Origin: Eutreptiella sp. 'Long Island Sound 2002'
Lineage: Eukaryota > Protista > Euglenida
Assembly: GCA_964036045.1 (NCBI GenBank)
Contig: OZ038378.1
Span: 3,534,001-3,598,000 of the forward strand
DNA length: 64,000 nt
Direction of reading: 5' to 3'
In this document: positions 1 through 13,400 of the stretch, piece by piece
Layout of the letters: every line of letters starts with the position of its first letter
Position numbering within the stretch: the first letter of the stretch is position 1
Notes under the pieces: model-generated
The model's database searches: none
What the model was told of the DNA's origin: nothing
Seen by the model: only the letters and a program-made list of their open reading frames with translations
Translations under genes and position numbers: made by a program

Positions 1-1438
1 GGTGGTGTGGCGAAACACGATACGGGCCTTGTTGGACTGGGCCCCCACATGGTAGCGATTCAAAACGCGAAACGGACGAAACGGCACCTTGCGGGTTTGG
101 GCACCCCGCAAGGTACATGCCTCTTTGGTGTGACGGCCGTGCCAAAGAGTGCGTCTTTCCCCTCTCATCATCAACCTACAGCGTCCCTCGGCAGGGGGTG
201 TGGGCAGCTACAACCACCATTGCATTGGTGAGGAGGTAGAGTGGAGGCCTTCGTTGTTGTATGCGTACCCCTTAGGCCACCGCGTCCCTGCCAACCTGAA
301 AATTCCTGAAAAAACGAAACGACATTGACCGCGCGGTGCGATGCGCGGTGCGTGCGGCGCGGCTAGATCCCTCCTTGGTGAGACGCAGGTGAGGCTGTGT
401 TAGGGGTCAACCTCTTGGTGATAGTGACATTGGGGTGCCGCCATGCGTCACTACACCGGGTGCTGTTTTGGGGAAAAGGGGCCTTCGGCGTCCTTCCCAG
501 ATACTGGCACTTTGCGTCTACACAATGTCAGCAGTGTCTACATCAGCAGACCCTGTCTCCTTGGGGCAGACGGTGTCTACAGACTGCAGACTGCTATTCC
601 CATGGTCCATGGCTAACTGGTGTGGTGCACGGGTGAATGGAGTGGCATTTGGGGCAAAATGTGCATATTCCCACATATTGAGGGCCTTCGGCACCACACG
701 GGGCGGTGCATGTCCAACTTGGGGAGGGGGGGGCGCGTGAGGGGTGGCCTTTGGCCCTTGGCATGGGGGGTCTGTACACGCTGACACTTCATCCAGATTG
801 GTGTTGAGGTTTTATGTTGTTTCTGATCAGCCACAATTTTGTGCATAGGACCTAGTTGTAGCGCATCCGCACCCGATCCCTTATTTTTGCCTGTCCACTG
901 CAGTCATAAGGCGCCCATGTTACTGCAGAGCATTTCTCTTTGACGTGTGCTTTGCACCACTGGGAGGGGGGGATGGGCATTGGGGTCGGTTATGAATATG
1001 AGGTAGGGAGTAAAATGGGGGTTTCATTGACAGCAGGGTTATGAACGTGTTGGAATTATGAATTTTGGTGGGGGTTGTGAACATTTGGGGTGGGGGCTAT
1101 GAGCTTGGAGGGCTTCTTGCAGAAATCTCATAAAAAAAGGATCACCACCCAACACACATTTTGCGGCATCAGTGGCATGTCTTGTTTGCGCACCCTGTTC
1201 TGCAGCGTGTCCATCGCCATCCAGTTGCACTATGGCATGTCCCAGTAGCCTCGTTTCTGCCCACGGCTCTGCCGACCGCCTGCACCAAAGCTGGTGTTTC
1301 CTCCCACACCCTCCCCTTGTGCAAGGCAGCGTGGGCCTTACGCACGCCCCTGCCGCATCTGTTTCGCTTGCCCAGTACAGAGTTGGTGTTGCCAGACGGC
1401 GTCTATGGTTGTGCATGTTCCTTTTCTCTCCTCTGCAG

Positions 1439-1620
1439 CTCCTAGCTCCTGCAATGAACCATTCAGGGCGTCTCACTACGCCTGACTATGGGACTGCCGT
1501 GGGCGTGCCCCTGGCCATAGTCACCCCTGGCTTTGTGTCAACATGCAAAAGCATTGGCGACTGCGTGCGCCGGGCAATGACGAACATGGACAACCTGATC
1601 AAGTACTTAGAGCACTTCAG
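1439..1620 (+). CDS. Probable upstream coding exon of the ART-ARM gene (LLAPAMNHSGRLTTPDYG...NMDNLIKYLEHF); mirror at about 14803-14984
   Basis: Bounded by a polypyrimidine acceptor (cttttctctcctctgcag, ending 1438) and a GT donor at 1621. Open and protein-like. Its phase-2 end is compatible with acceptors at 3042 or 3066, but linkage to the ART exons is inferred. Confidence 0.5.
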
Positions 1621-3066
1621 GTGCAGAAGGCTTGGGCTCTGACGTCTGGGGGCCAAGTTTCACCTCCTCCGGTAGCAACGGCGCTTGTTGGATGGTTCAT
1701 GTGCTTGTTCTTGGTGTTCTCTTTTTTCTCCGAAAAAGGGGTTTCTCCACACACGACCTACACCTCCCCAAAAAAGTGCATGCGATTTACGCCTGAAAAG
1801 GAAGTTTTATTTTTTTTCCACACGTGACTTACGGCAAAAACAAAAAAGTGCATGTGATTTCTGCCCAAACAACAAGTACGTGGTTTACGCTTTTTTTCGC
1901 ACTGGACCTACGCTTTCCACTCCCTTGGTGGACACCCATGGACACCCAGAGGCAACCAACTGCCACACAAAATTCTGTTCAGGTTGGCACTGGACGCGCC
2001 GAACCAAATTCCTTGGTGTGACCAAACTATGGTTTTCAGAAGACCTAGAAGCTGGGGAGGTAGGGGGTTTTGACGCCTAGAAAGGGGACGCACCAGAGGA
2101 AGAGTAGGGTCAACAAGCCACAGGTTTCGGATGGCTCTGTTGACAGTTGGTGGCGCCGATCGGCCTCTCGCCACTCCAGGAGTAGTTGTTATTGATAGTA
2201 GTGTGGTCCCTCTCCTGCCAAGGGTTCCACTCTTCAGAAGTACGTTTTCCCGGTTTTTGGAGGTTGGCTTCATTGGTGCACCCTGTGAGACCCCCAGCCC
2301 ACCCCCTCTCCCGTGGCTACGCTTTCTTCTGAGGATCTTCTGAGGATGCCAAAAACATAGCAAACACGAGGAAAATCAGGACTTTGCCGCACCTCCTCGT
2401 CGCGCTGATTCGACCAATTGTTTTCGTCACCTTTTCCCAATTCGTGGGGCCCGCGGGGAGGCGAAACAGATTGCTGCCACACGGATAGTCTGGACAACAG
2501 GGCTTCACATGCTGGTCCTACGCCCCAGCCCCCCGAGCCCCACAAAGGACAGGTGAGGAGGATGGCAGGAAAGAGGACAGGGTGCTGACGTGGCACATTG
2601 CTGTTTGACCTCTGCGGCGACATGCGAAATCGGCGTTAGGCCTGCCAGAATTGGGTAGATAGACTGTGCACCACTACCCCCTCGGATGGCATGCACGTGG
2701 ATGGAACTGCTGCGTTGAGTGGTAGCAGGGCACCTTACACGCCATTGCTTCCTCCCCACTGGGGGGAGTCGACCTGGGGCTCTGCGACTTCCCAGGGCAC
2801 GGCGTCCCTCCTTCTTCACCACCGTAGAAGAGTGGCATGTCCCTACGGCGCTTTGCATGTTGAGCTGGGGTCGTGTAGAGAGCGATGGTGTCAACAGATG
2901 AACGGACACGTGACACGGAATCCGGCTGGAAACGACCCTGCCCCTCTCCTTGAGTCGGCCATCCCTTTTCCGCCCACCTCCCTCGACATCTGAGCAGTCT
3001 CGAATGACTGAATGTGATCCGTTTCAAATTCTCAAGCTCTAGTGGCCCTGCTTCAGTGGGCACCAG

Positions 3067-4987
3067 CAATCTGCGCCCTGCTTCTCACAGTCAGCAGCAG
3101 CTGGACACATCTGAGGCGGCAAAGCAATGCATGCAACGTTGTGGACTCCAACGGCTGGAAGCAACTTCGGTGGTATACTACTCTTCTGACTCTCGTACGT
3201 ACGGCGGCACACAGGTACCTTCTGATTGCTACCTAGACTCGCCTTGCCGCAGGGGGGTCCTTAAGACGCCTGAAATTTTTCTTTTTTGCTAAGGACCGCC
3301 CTTAAGGACCACCCCCAGGAACCACCAACAGCCAACCGCCAACCGCTGCCAGCCGCCACCAACCGCCAACCGCCAACCCCCACCAAGCCAACCGCCAACC
3401 GCCAACCTTTGAAGTAGAGAAGGTCCCATGACCAGAAGCAGAGCGCGTCCCCGTGAGCGTTCGTTTATGTTGGTGTTACGAAGGCTTTTTTTTCCCCTTA
3501 AGGACCCCCCTGCCTTGCCCATTGCGGTATGGGGACACAGACGGAAATCATTGGCAGCCACGCAAGACTAGCCAGATTCCTCCTAGTGACACACAGGCCC
3601 CAGGCAGCCAATGGCTGGGAGTCGTCCAAGCAAGTGTCAAGCTTTATGCCTCTTTCTTGTACAGGAGCAATGCGTGTATTTTGCCTACAATCGGAGCATT
3701 CGAACACGAGATCAAAAGGAGGTGGCGAAGTGGGAGGACTATTCATATTTTTTGCTGTCCGCCCTCCGAAAGCTGCCACCCGTGAAGGATACTGTGTACC
3801 GGGGGGTGCCCGAGAGGCTTACAGAAGTCAGCGCGCAATACAGCAAAACAGGCAACAAGGTAGCCCTGACTGCCGCCCACCCTCTCTTTGCCACCTTTTG
3901 TACTGCACCGGGTCTTCATACTTCACCCGGACTGGCTTTCTCGCAGGTGTGCTGGATTGCCATCACCTCTACCACCCTCGACAGCACGACCATCCTGAAG
4001 AATTTCGGCAGTGGGGGTACCTATTTCAAGCTGCACATACAAGATGGTAGAGACATCAGCAGCCTGAGTCTCCTATGCCATGAACGGGAGGTCATTGCCA
4101 TGCCCAACTCCACGTTCCAGGTTACTTTGTCACTGTCGTCGGAGGGGGCCAAGGAACTTGGAGATTTTGCGCAGCTACCGCCGGATGTGGACATCATTTG
4201 CATGAAGCAGGTGGAAACGGACCCTATAGTGGTAGAGTTCAGCACGGATTTCTCTTCAACAAACGTCTCCGACAAAGGTGTGCTTTTAGGGGCAACATTC
4301 ACGTGTTGGGTCCATTGTACCTAGTGCTGAGTTCCTGCTCAAGCCCTCCCACGCTGACTCCACGAGCTCCAGTGATCGTGGCCTAATATGCATGAATCCG
4401 CCAGGGCTGAACTGAACTGATATCGTTGCCAGTACAGACTACTGCTTCCACCGTAGGTTCCCACCATTTCCACACGGCGTTCTGCCAAACAAACAGAGTT
4501 CAGGCATCCACAACGTCACAAAACTTCACCAGAAGCGAATAAGCGACCAGGGCGGGGGGGGCAACGGGAACTGAACAGGCAGCTTCGTGGAGTGCCAGGA
4601 GCCCTCCTTCCTTCCGATCACCAGCTATTGCAGAGCACCCTCACCCCAGGGAGCGGGGGGGGGGGGGGGGACGGTCTGGAACGTACCGCTGCGCCATCAC
4701 TGCACTTTGTCTGCTCAGTGGCCCACCCACAGGCATCTTCGTGTCTCATTTGTTGACAGAAAGGTACCGATGGTCTTGTAGGCCACTGACGGGCCAAATT
4801 TCTTTCTGCGCTTTGTGCTGCCTGCCTCTTGTGCACACGTGCAATAGCCCAGCGTTCCTTCGGGGACGGTGGCTGGGCCTGGGATGCGAATCCCGCCCCC
4901 TCCCCTGAACCCCCTCCCCCTTGTATTTGTACTCCATGCGCTCAGAAGTTCCTGAAGCATTCAAGGACGAAAACATCACCATTTATC
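3067..4987 (+). CDS. Mono-ADP-ribosyltransferase domain (ART, R-S-E clade), spliced. Exons ~3067-3214, 3665-3859, 3947-4277, 4946-4987
   Basis: Phase-compatible GT-AG introns at 3215-3664, 3860-3946 and 4278-4945. Spliced protein reads VVYYSSD..GTQ|EQCVYFAYNRSIR..YSYFLLSALRKLPPVKDTVYRG..NK|VCWIAITSTT..GGTYFKL..GRDISSLS..HEREVIAMPNSTFQV. This gives the catalytic R (YRG), an STT strand and the E-x-E motif. The 5' boundary of the first exon is uncertain. Confidence 0.88.
3250..3512. mobile_element. hAT-type MITE in an ART intron (mirror at about 12911-13173)
   Basis: 16-bp TIR CAGGGGGGTCCTTAAG...CTTAAGGACCCCCCTG with 8-bp flanks CCTTGCCG / CCTTGCCC (7/8 identical TSD). Contains internal (AACCGCC)n repeats. 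Confidence 0.8.
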
Positions 4988-5554
4988 GTGGCCCGTTTTC
5001 TGCCCCATTTATGGGGTCCCCTCGGCCACTGGTGGCCTGTCCCGAATTTACCGCGGGGCCAATGTGCCCTCAATTCCATATACCCCCCCCCCCCCCCGAC
5101 CCCTTCCCTCCCCTGAATCCGTCTTCCAGCCCCCAGCCCCCTCCAAGGCTCGACGGACAGCGGGGGGCTGGTTCACATCTGAACTGTTTGGGACCCCCTC
5201 CCCCACCGCCTGTGTACGGTGTCGCCTGCGCTGCATTCCCCCACACGCCGTGCCACGGGACCCGCTCGGCCGGCCCCAGGACACGGCGGTGCCCCTTATC
5301 GAATGGGCTGACCCCCCGAAGGGCCCCGGTGCCGTGCACAGACCTGCGCTACGCCAGAGACGGAGAACACGGTGCGTGCACACCTCCCGGGGACCTCAGA
5401 GAAGGCCCCTCGGTGAGCCCTCAGGCCCAATGCACCCGGGCCCCTCACGTGCCGGTGCCTTGGGCGGTGTGTGCCCGTGCCCTTGCACACCGGATGTCCC
5501 GGCGTCCACGCCGCCCGGGGGCACCCCGCGTCGGCCCCCTTCCGCACCATCATG

Positions 5555-8500
5555 CCCCCCCTTCGCCCCAAAGTTGGAACACACAATCATCATCCCCCCC
5601 CCCCTCCCCCACACGCCCCCATAATTGGAACACACAATCATCCTGCCCCCCCCCCCCTCCCCCACACGCCCCCATAATTGGAACACACAATCATCCTGCC
5701 CCCCCCCCCCCCAACGCCCCCATAATTGGAACACAAAATCATCATGCCCCCCCCACCGCCATAATTGGAACACACAATCCCCCCCCCCCCTCCGCCCCAA
5801 AGTTGGAACACACAATCATCATGCCCCCCCCCGCCCCATAATTTGAACACACAATCATCATGCCCCCCCCCCCCCCCCTCCCCCACACGCCCCCATAATT
5901 GGAACACACAATCAGCACGCCCCCCTCCCACATCTCCATAATTGGAATACACACTCATCATACCCCCCCCCACGCCCCCGTAATTGGAACACACAATCAT
6001 CATGCCATCCCCCCCACACACCGCCATAATTTGAACACACAATCATACCCCCCCCCCCATAATTGGAACACACAATCATCATGCCACCCCCCCGCCGGCG
6101 CCATAATTGGAACAAACAATCGTCATGCCTCGCCACCCCACCCCCATAATTGGAACACACAATCATCATGCCCCCCCCCCCCAACGCCCGCATAATTGGA
6201 ACACACAATCATCCCCCCCCCCATCATTGGAACACAAAATCATCATGCCCCCCCTCCGCCCTAAAATTGGAACACACAATCATCATGCCATCCCCCCCCC
6301 ACCGCCATAATTGGAACACACAATCATCATGCCCCCCCCCCCCCCTCCCCCACACGCCCCCATAATTGGAACACACAATCATCCTGCCCCCCCCCCCCCC
6401 CCAACGCCCCCATAATTGGAACACAAAATCATCATGCCCCCCCCACCGCCATAATTGGAACACACAATCCCCCCCCCCCTCCGCCCCAAAGTTGGAACAC
6501 ACAATCATCATGCCCCCCCCCGCCCCATAATTTGAACACACAATCATCATGCCCCCCCCCCCCCCCCTCCCCCACACGCCCCCATAATTGGAACACACAA
6601 TCAGCACGCCCCCCTCCCACATCTCCATAATTGGAATACACACTCATCATACCCCCCCCCACGCCCCCGTAATTGGAACACACAATCATCATGCCATCCC
6701 CCCCACACACCGCCATAATTTGAACACACAATCATACCCCCCCCCCCATAATTGGAACACACAATCATCATGCCACCCCCCCGCCGGCGCCATAATTGGA
6801 ACAAACAATCGTCATGCCTCGCCACCCCACCCCCATAATTGGAACACACAATCATCATGCCCCCCCCCCCCAACGCCCGCATAATTGGAACACACAATCA
6901 TCCCCCCCCCCATCATTGGAACACAAAATCATCATGCCCCCCCTCCGCCCTAAAATTGGAACACACAATCATCATGCCATCCCCCCCCCACCGCCATAAT
7001 TGGAACACACAATCATCATGCCCCCCCCCCCCCCCCCTCCCCCACACGCCCTCACAATTGGAACACACAATCATCATGCCCCCCCCCCCCCATAATTGCA
7101 ACACACAATCATCACACCACCCCCCCCATAATTGCAACACACAATCATCACGCCACCCCCCCCCATAATTGGAACACACAGTCATCATGGCCCCCCCCCG
7201 CCCCCAGAATTGGAACACACAAACATCAAGCCCCCCCCCCCCCCCCCCCCCCCCTCTCCCACACGCCCCAATAATTCTTACACACAATCATCCCCCCCCC
7301 ATAATTGGAACAGACAATCATCATGCCCGCCCCATAATCAGAACACACAATCATCATGCCCCCTCCACCCCCACCCCCATAATTGGAACACACAATCATC
7401 ATGCCCCCCCCCCCCCCCCCGCCGCCATAATTGGAACACACAATCATCATGCCCCCCCCCAACGCCCCCATAATTGGAACACACAATCATCATGCCCCCC
7501 CCCCGCCGCCAAAATTGGAACACACAAGCATCATGCCCCCCCTCGCCCCCATAATTGGAACACACAATCATCATGCCCCCCCCCCCCCCCCACGCCCCCA
7601 TCATTGGAACACACAATCATCACGCTCCCCCCGCCATAATTGCAACACACAATTATCCTGCCACCCCCCCCCCATAATTGGAACACACAATCATCATGCC
7701 CCTCCCCCCCTCCCCCACACGCCCCCATAATTGGAACACACAATCATCCCCCCCCCATAATTGGAACACACAATCATCATGCCCCCCCCCAAACGCCCCC
7801 ATTATTGGAACACACAATCATCCCCCCCCCCCCATCATTGAAACACACAACCATCCTCCCCCCCCCCCAGCCCCATAATTGGAACACAAAATCATGACCC
7901 CCCCCCCTCCGCCCCAAAATTGGAACACACACCCATCATGCCCCCCCACGCCCCCATAATTGGAACACACAATCATCGTGCCCCCCCCCCCCCCCACGGC
8001 CCCATAACTGGAACACACAATCATCATGCCCCCCCCCCCAACGCCCGCATAATTGGAACACACAATCATCCCCCCCCCCATCATTGGAACACAAAATCAT
8101 CATGCCCCCCCTCCGCCCTAAAATTGGAACACACAATCATCATGCCATCCCCCCCCCACCGCCATAATTGGAACACACAATCATCATGCCCCCCCCCCCC
8201 CTCCCCCACACGCCCTCACAATTGGAACACACAATCATCATGCCCCCCCCCCATAATTGCAACACACAATCATCACACCACCCAACACCCCCATAATTGC
8301 AACACACAATCATCACGCCACCCCCCCCCCCATAATTGGAACACACAGTCATCATGGCCCCCCCCCGCCCCCAGAATTGGAACACACAAACATCAAGCCC
8401 CCCCCTCTCCCACACGCCCCAATAATTCTTACACACAATCATCCCCCCCCCCCCATAATTGGAACAGACAATCATCATGCCCGCCCCATAATCAGAACAC

Positions 8501-9655
8501 ACAATCATCATGCCCCCTCCACCCCCACCCCCATAATTGGAACACACAATCATCATGCCCCCCCCCCCCCCCCCCCGCCGCCATAATTGGAACACACAAT
8601 CATCATGCCCCCCCTCGCCCCCATAATTGGAACACACAATCATCCCCCCCCCCAATAATTGGAACACACAATCATCATCCCCCCCCCCCCCCCCCAAACG
8701 CCCCCATAATTGGAACACACAATCATCACGCTCCCCCCGCCATAATTGCAACACACAATCATCTGCCACCCCCCCCCCCCCCATAATTGGAACACACAAT
8801 CATCATGCCCCTCCCCCCCTCCCCCACACGCCCCCATAATTGGAACACACAATCATCCCCCCCCCCAATAATTGGAACACACAATCATCATCCCCCCCCC
8901 CCCCCCCAAACGCCCCCATAATTGGAACACACAATCATCACGCTCCCCCCGCCATAATTGCAACACACAATCATCCTGCCACCCCCCCCCCCCCATAATT
9001 GGAACACACAATCATCATGCCCCTCCCCCCCTCCCCCACACGCCCCCATAATTGGAACACACAATCATCCCCCCCCCCCATAATTGGAACACACAATCAT
9101 CATGCCCCCCCCCAAACGCCCCCATTATTGGAACACACAATCACCCCCCCCCCCCCATCATTGAAACACACAACCATCCTCCCCCCCCACCCCCACCCCC
9201 ATAATTGGAACACAAAATCATGATCCCCCCCCCCTCCGCCCCAAAATTGGAACACACACCCATCATGCCCCCCCGCGCCCCCATAATTGGAACACACAAT
9301 CATCGTGCCCCCCACGCCCCCATAATTGGAACACACAATCATCATGCCCCCCCCCCCCCCCACACCGCCAGAATTGGAACACACAATCATCCTGCCCCCC
9401 CCCCGCCCCCATAATTGGAACACACAATCATCATCCCCCCCCACACCGCCATAATTGGAACACACAATCATCCTGCCCCCTCCCCTGGGCACATGGTGTA
9501 CCCTCAACCCAATCCCCCACCTCCACAGCAGTGGTCATGCCCCATCGCCCGGCCCACACGGCACCAGCCTGTTTCGGTGGGGGGGGAGGGGGGGCACGGG
9601 GGAGGGGGACGTGGGGCGCAGCACGGCAACATAATTGGAACACACAATCATCATC
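5555..9655 (+). repeat. Intronic minisatellite: core CCCATAATTGGAACACACAATCATCATG plus variable poly-C spacers, roughly 100 units
   Basis: Directly visible. A 689-bp higher-order duplication is shown by identical ORFs at 5899/6588, 5912/6601 and 6107/6796. A mirror portion lies at about 10432-10865. Confidence 0.97.
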
Positions 9656-9710
9656 CCGCCCCCCCCTCAGAGGGTCAGAGTAGCCCCCTCGTGTGCACCT
9701 GCTTTATCAG

Positions 9711-10231
9711 GTGTTGATAATGACATGGCCATGACAGCGCTGCAGAGCGGAGACCTGGCCATCATTCTGCGTGCCATGGAGGAGGGCATGTCCCATCCCA
9801 TCGTCCAAGAGAGGGGCTGCGGCACTGTCGAGGACCTCTGTAGAGGGAATGATGAAAATCGAGTGAAGGTGAGGGAACTCGGGGGTATTGAGGTCATCGT
9901 CCGCGCAATGACGCACCATCAGACCAATGCGGGCGTCCAGGAGCAGGGGTGTGGGGCCCTCTGGAACCTCGCGGTGAATGCTGACAATAAAGTGAAGGTG
10001 AGGGAACTGGGGGGTATTGAGGTCATCGTCCGCGCAATGACGCACCATCAGACCAATGCGGGCGTCCAGGAGCAGGGGTGTGGGGCCCTCTGGAACCTCG
10101 CGGTGAATGCTGACAATAAAGTGAAGGTGAGGGAACTGGGGGGTATTGAGGTCATGCCCAATGACGCACCATCAGACCAATGCGGGCGTCCAGGAGCAGG
10201 GGTGTGGGGCCCTCTGGAACCTCGCGTTGAC
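9711..10231 (+). CDS. Armadillo-repeat exon of the ART gene, truncated by the gap
   Basis: Acceptor ctttatcag ends at 9710 in phase 1, matching the GT donor at 4988. The 129-bp/43-aa units RELGGIEVIVRAMTHHQTNAGVQEQGCGALWNLAVNADNKVKV start at 9863, 9992 and 10121. The frame breaks in the last ~80 nt at the contig end. Confidence 0.88.
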
Positions 10232-10431
10232 NNNNNNNNNNNNNNNNNNNNNNNNNNNNNNNNNNNNNNNNNNNNNNNNNNNNNNNNNNNNNNNNNNNNN
10301 NNNNNNNNNNNNNNNNNNNNNNNNNNNNNNNNNNNNNNNNNNNNNNNNNNNNNNNNNNNNNNNNNNNNNNNNNNNNNNNNNNNNNNNNNNNNNNNNNNNN
10401 NNNNNNNNNNNNNNNNNNNNNNNNNNNNNNN
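10232..10431. other. Scaffold gap (200 N)
   Basis: Exactly 200 Ns, which suggests a fixed placeholder of unknown true size. Confidence 0.99.
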
Positions 10432-13400
10432 GTTCCAATTACGGGGGCGTGGGGGGGGGTATGATGAGTGTGTATTCCAATTATGGAGATGTGGGAGGGG
10501 GGCGTGCTGATTGTGTGTTCCAATTATGGGGGCGTGTGGGGGAGGGGGGGGGGGGGGCATGATGATTGTGTGTTCAAATTATGGGGCGGGGGGGGGCATG
10601 ATGATTGTGTGTTCCAACTTTGGGGCGGAGGGGGGGGGGATTGTGTGTTCCAATTATGGCGGTGGGGGGGGCATGATGATTTTGTGTTCCAATTATGGGG
10701 GCGTTGGGGGGGGGGGGGCAGGATGATTGTGTGTTCCAATTATGGGGGCGTGTGGGGGAGGGGGGGGGGGGGCAGGATGATTGTGTGTTCCAATTATGGG
10801 GGCGTGTGGGGGAGGGGGGGGGGGATGATGATTGTGTGTTCCAACTTTGGGGCGAAGGGGGGGCATGATGGTGCGGAAGGGGGCCGACGCGGGGTGCCCC
10901 CGGGCGGCGTGGACGCCGGGACATCCGGTGTGCAAGGGCACGGGCACACACCGCCCAAGGCACCGGCACGTGAGGGGCCCGGGTGCATTGGGCCTGAGGG
11001 CTCACCGAGGGGCCTTCTCTGAGGTCCCCGGGAGGTGTGCACGCACCGTGTTCTCCGTCTCTGGCGTAGCGCAGGTCTGTGCACGGCACCGGGGCCCTTC
11101 GGGGGGTCAGCCCATTCGATAAGGGGCACCGCCGTGTCCTGGGGCCGGCCGAGCGGGTCCCGTGGCACGGCGTGTGGGGGAATGCAGCGCAGGCGACACC
11201 GTACACAGGCGGTGGGGGAGGGGGTCCCAAACAGTTCAGATGTGAACCAGCCCCCGCTGTCCGTCGAGCCTTGGAGGGGGCTGGGGGCTGGAAGACGGAT
11301 TCAGGGGAGGGAAGGGGTCGGGGGGGGGGGGGGGGGGTATATGGAATTGAGGGCACATTGGCCCCGCGGTAAATTCGGGACAGGCCACCAGTGGCCGAGG
11401 GGACCCCATAAATGGGGCAGAAAACGGGCCACGATAAATGGTGATGTTTTCGTCCTTGAATGCTTCAGGAACTTCTGAGCGCATGGAGTACAAATACAAG
11501 GGGGAGGGGGTTCAGGGGAGGGGGCGGGATTCGCATCCCAGGCCCAGCCACCGTCCCCGAAGGAACGCTGGGCTATTGCACGTGTGCACAAGAGGCAGGC
11601 AGCACAAAGCGCAGAAAGAAATTTGGCCCGTCAGTGGCCTACAAGACCATCGGTACCTTTCTGTCAACAAATGAGACACGAAGATGCCTGTGGGTGGGCC
11701 AGGGCCACTGAGCAGACAAAGTGCAGTGATGGCGCAGCGGTACGTTCCAGACCGTCCCCCCCCCCCCCACTCCCTGGGGTGAGGGTGCTCTGCAATAGCT
11801 GGTGATCGGAAGGAAGGAGGGCTCCTGGCACTCCACGAAGCTGCCTGTTCAGTTCCCGTTGCCCCCCCCGCCCTGGTCGCTTATTCGCTTCTGGTGAAGT
11901 TTTGTGACGTTGTGGATGCCTGAGCTCTGTTTGTTTGGCAGAACGCCGTGTGGAAATGGTGGGAACCTACGGTGGAAGCAGTAGTCTGTACTGGCAACGA
12001 TATCAGTTCAGTTCAGCCCTGGCGGATTCATGCATATTAGGCCACGATCACTGGAGCTCGTGGAGTCAGCGTGGGAGGGCTTGAGCAGGAACTCAGCACT
12101 AGGTACAATGGACCCAACACGTGAATGTTGCCCCTAAAAGCACACCTTTGTCGGAGACGTTTGTTGAAGAGAAATCCGTGCTGAACTCTACCACTATAGG
12201 GTCCGTTTCCACCTGCTTCATGCAAATGATGTCCACATCCGGCGGTAGCTGCGCAAAATCTCCAAGTTCCTTGGCCCCCTCCGACGACAGTGACAAAGTA
12301 ACCTGGAACGTGGAGTTGGGCATGGCAATGACCTCCCGTTCATGGCATAGGAGACTCAGGCTGCTGATGTCTCTACCATCTTGTATGTGCAGCTTGAAAT
12401 AGGTACCCCCACTGCCGAAATTCTTCAGGATGGTCGTGCTGTCGAGGGTGGTAGAGGTGATGGCAATCCAGCACACCTGCGAGAAAGCCAGTCCGGGTGA
12501 AGTATGAAGACCCGGTGCAGTACAAAAGGTGGCAAAGAGAGGGTGGGCGGCAGTCAGGGCTACCTTGTTGCCTGTTTTGCTGTATTGCGCGCTGACTTCT
12601 GTAAGCCTCTCGGGCACCCCCCGGTACACAGTATCCTTCACGGGTGGCAGCTTTCGGAGGGCGGACAGCAAAAAATATGAATAGTCCTCCCACTTCGCCA
12701 CCTCCTTTTGATCTCGTGTTCGAATGCTCCGATTGTAGGCAAAATACACGCATTGCTCCTGTACAAGAAAGAGGCATAAAGCTTGACACTTGCTTGGACG
12801 ACTCCCAGCCATTGGCTGCCTGGGGCCTGTGTGTCACTAGGAGGAATCTGGCTAGTCTTGCGTGGCTGCCAATGATTTCCGTCTGTGTCCCCATACCGCA
12901 ATGGGCAAGGCAGGGGGGTCCTTAAGGGGAAAAAAAAGCCTTCGTAACACCAACATAAACGAACGCTCACGGGGACGCGCTCTGCTTCTGGTCATGGGAC
13001 CTTCTCTACTTCAAAGGTTGGCGGTTGGCGGTTGGCTTGGTGGGGGTTGGCGGTTGGCGGTTGGTGGCGGCTGGCAGCGGTTGGCGGTTGGCCGTTGGTG
13101 GTTCCTGGGGGTGGTCCTTAAGGGCGGTCCTTAGCAAAAAAGAAAAATTTCAGGCGTCTTAAGGACCCCCCTGCGGCAAGGCGAGTCTAGGTAGCAATCA
13201 GAAGGTACCTGTGTGCCGCCGTACGTACGAGAGTCAGAAGAGTAGTATACCACCGAAGTTGCTTCCAGCCGTTGGAGTCCACAACGTTGCATGCATTGCT
13301 TTGCCGCCTCAGATGTGTCCAGCTGCTGCTGACTGTGAGAAGCAGGGCGCAGATTGCTGGTGCCCACTGAAGCAGGGCCACTAGAGCTTGAGAATTTGAA

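Larger units (their letters stand above)
1..5991 (+). repeat. Left arm of a >=6-kb inverted duplication (partner 10432-16423)
   Basis: Mirror ORFs have coordinate sums of about 16423 (7..231/16192..16416; 3611..4324/12099..12812). Only scattered substitutions and homopolymer differences separate the arms. The arm probably continues left of the window. Confidence 0.97.

Noticed and set aside
3860-3946. 29-aa insertion inside the ART ORF (VALTAAHPLF...AFSQ)
   Set aside because: It has canonical GT/AG ends and interrupts the conserved spacing, so it is an in-frame, stop-free intron rather than protein.
4921-9650. Pro/His/Gly-rich ORFs such as MEHTIIMPPP and MMIVCSNYGG
   Set aside because: They are translations of the minisatellite in every frame.
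5555-9655. CRISPR-like look: a constant ~26-nt repeat with variable spacers
   Set aside because: The spacers are poly-C/low-complexity, mutually related and duplicated in blocks. There are no cas genes, and the array lies in a eukaryotic intron.
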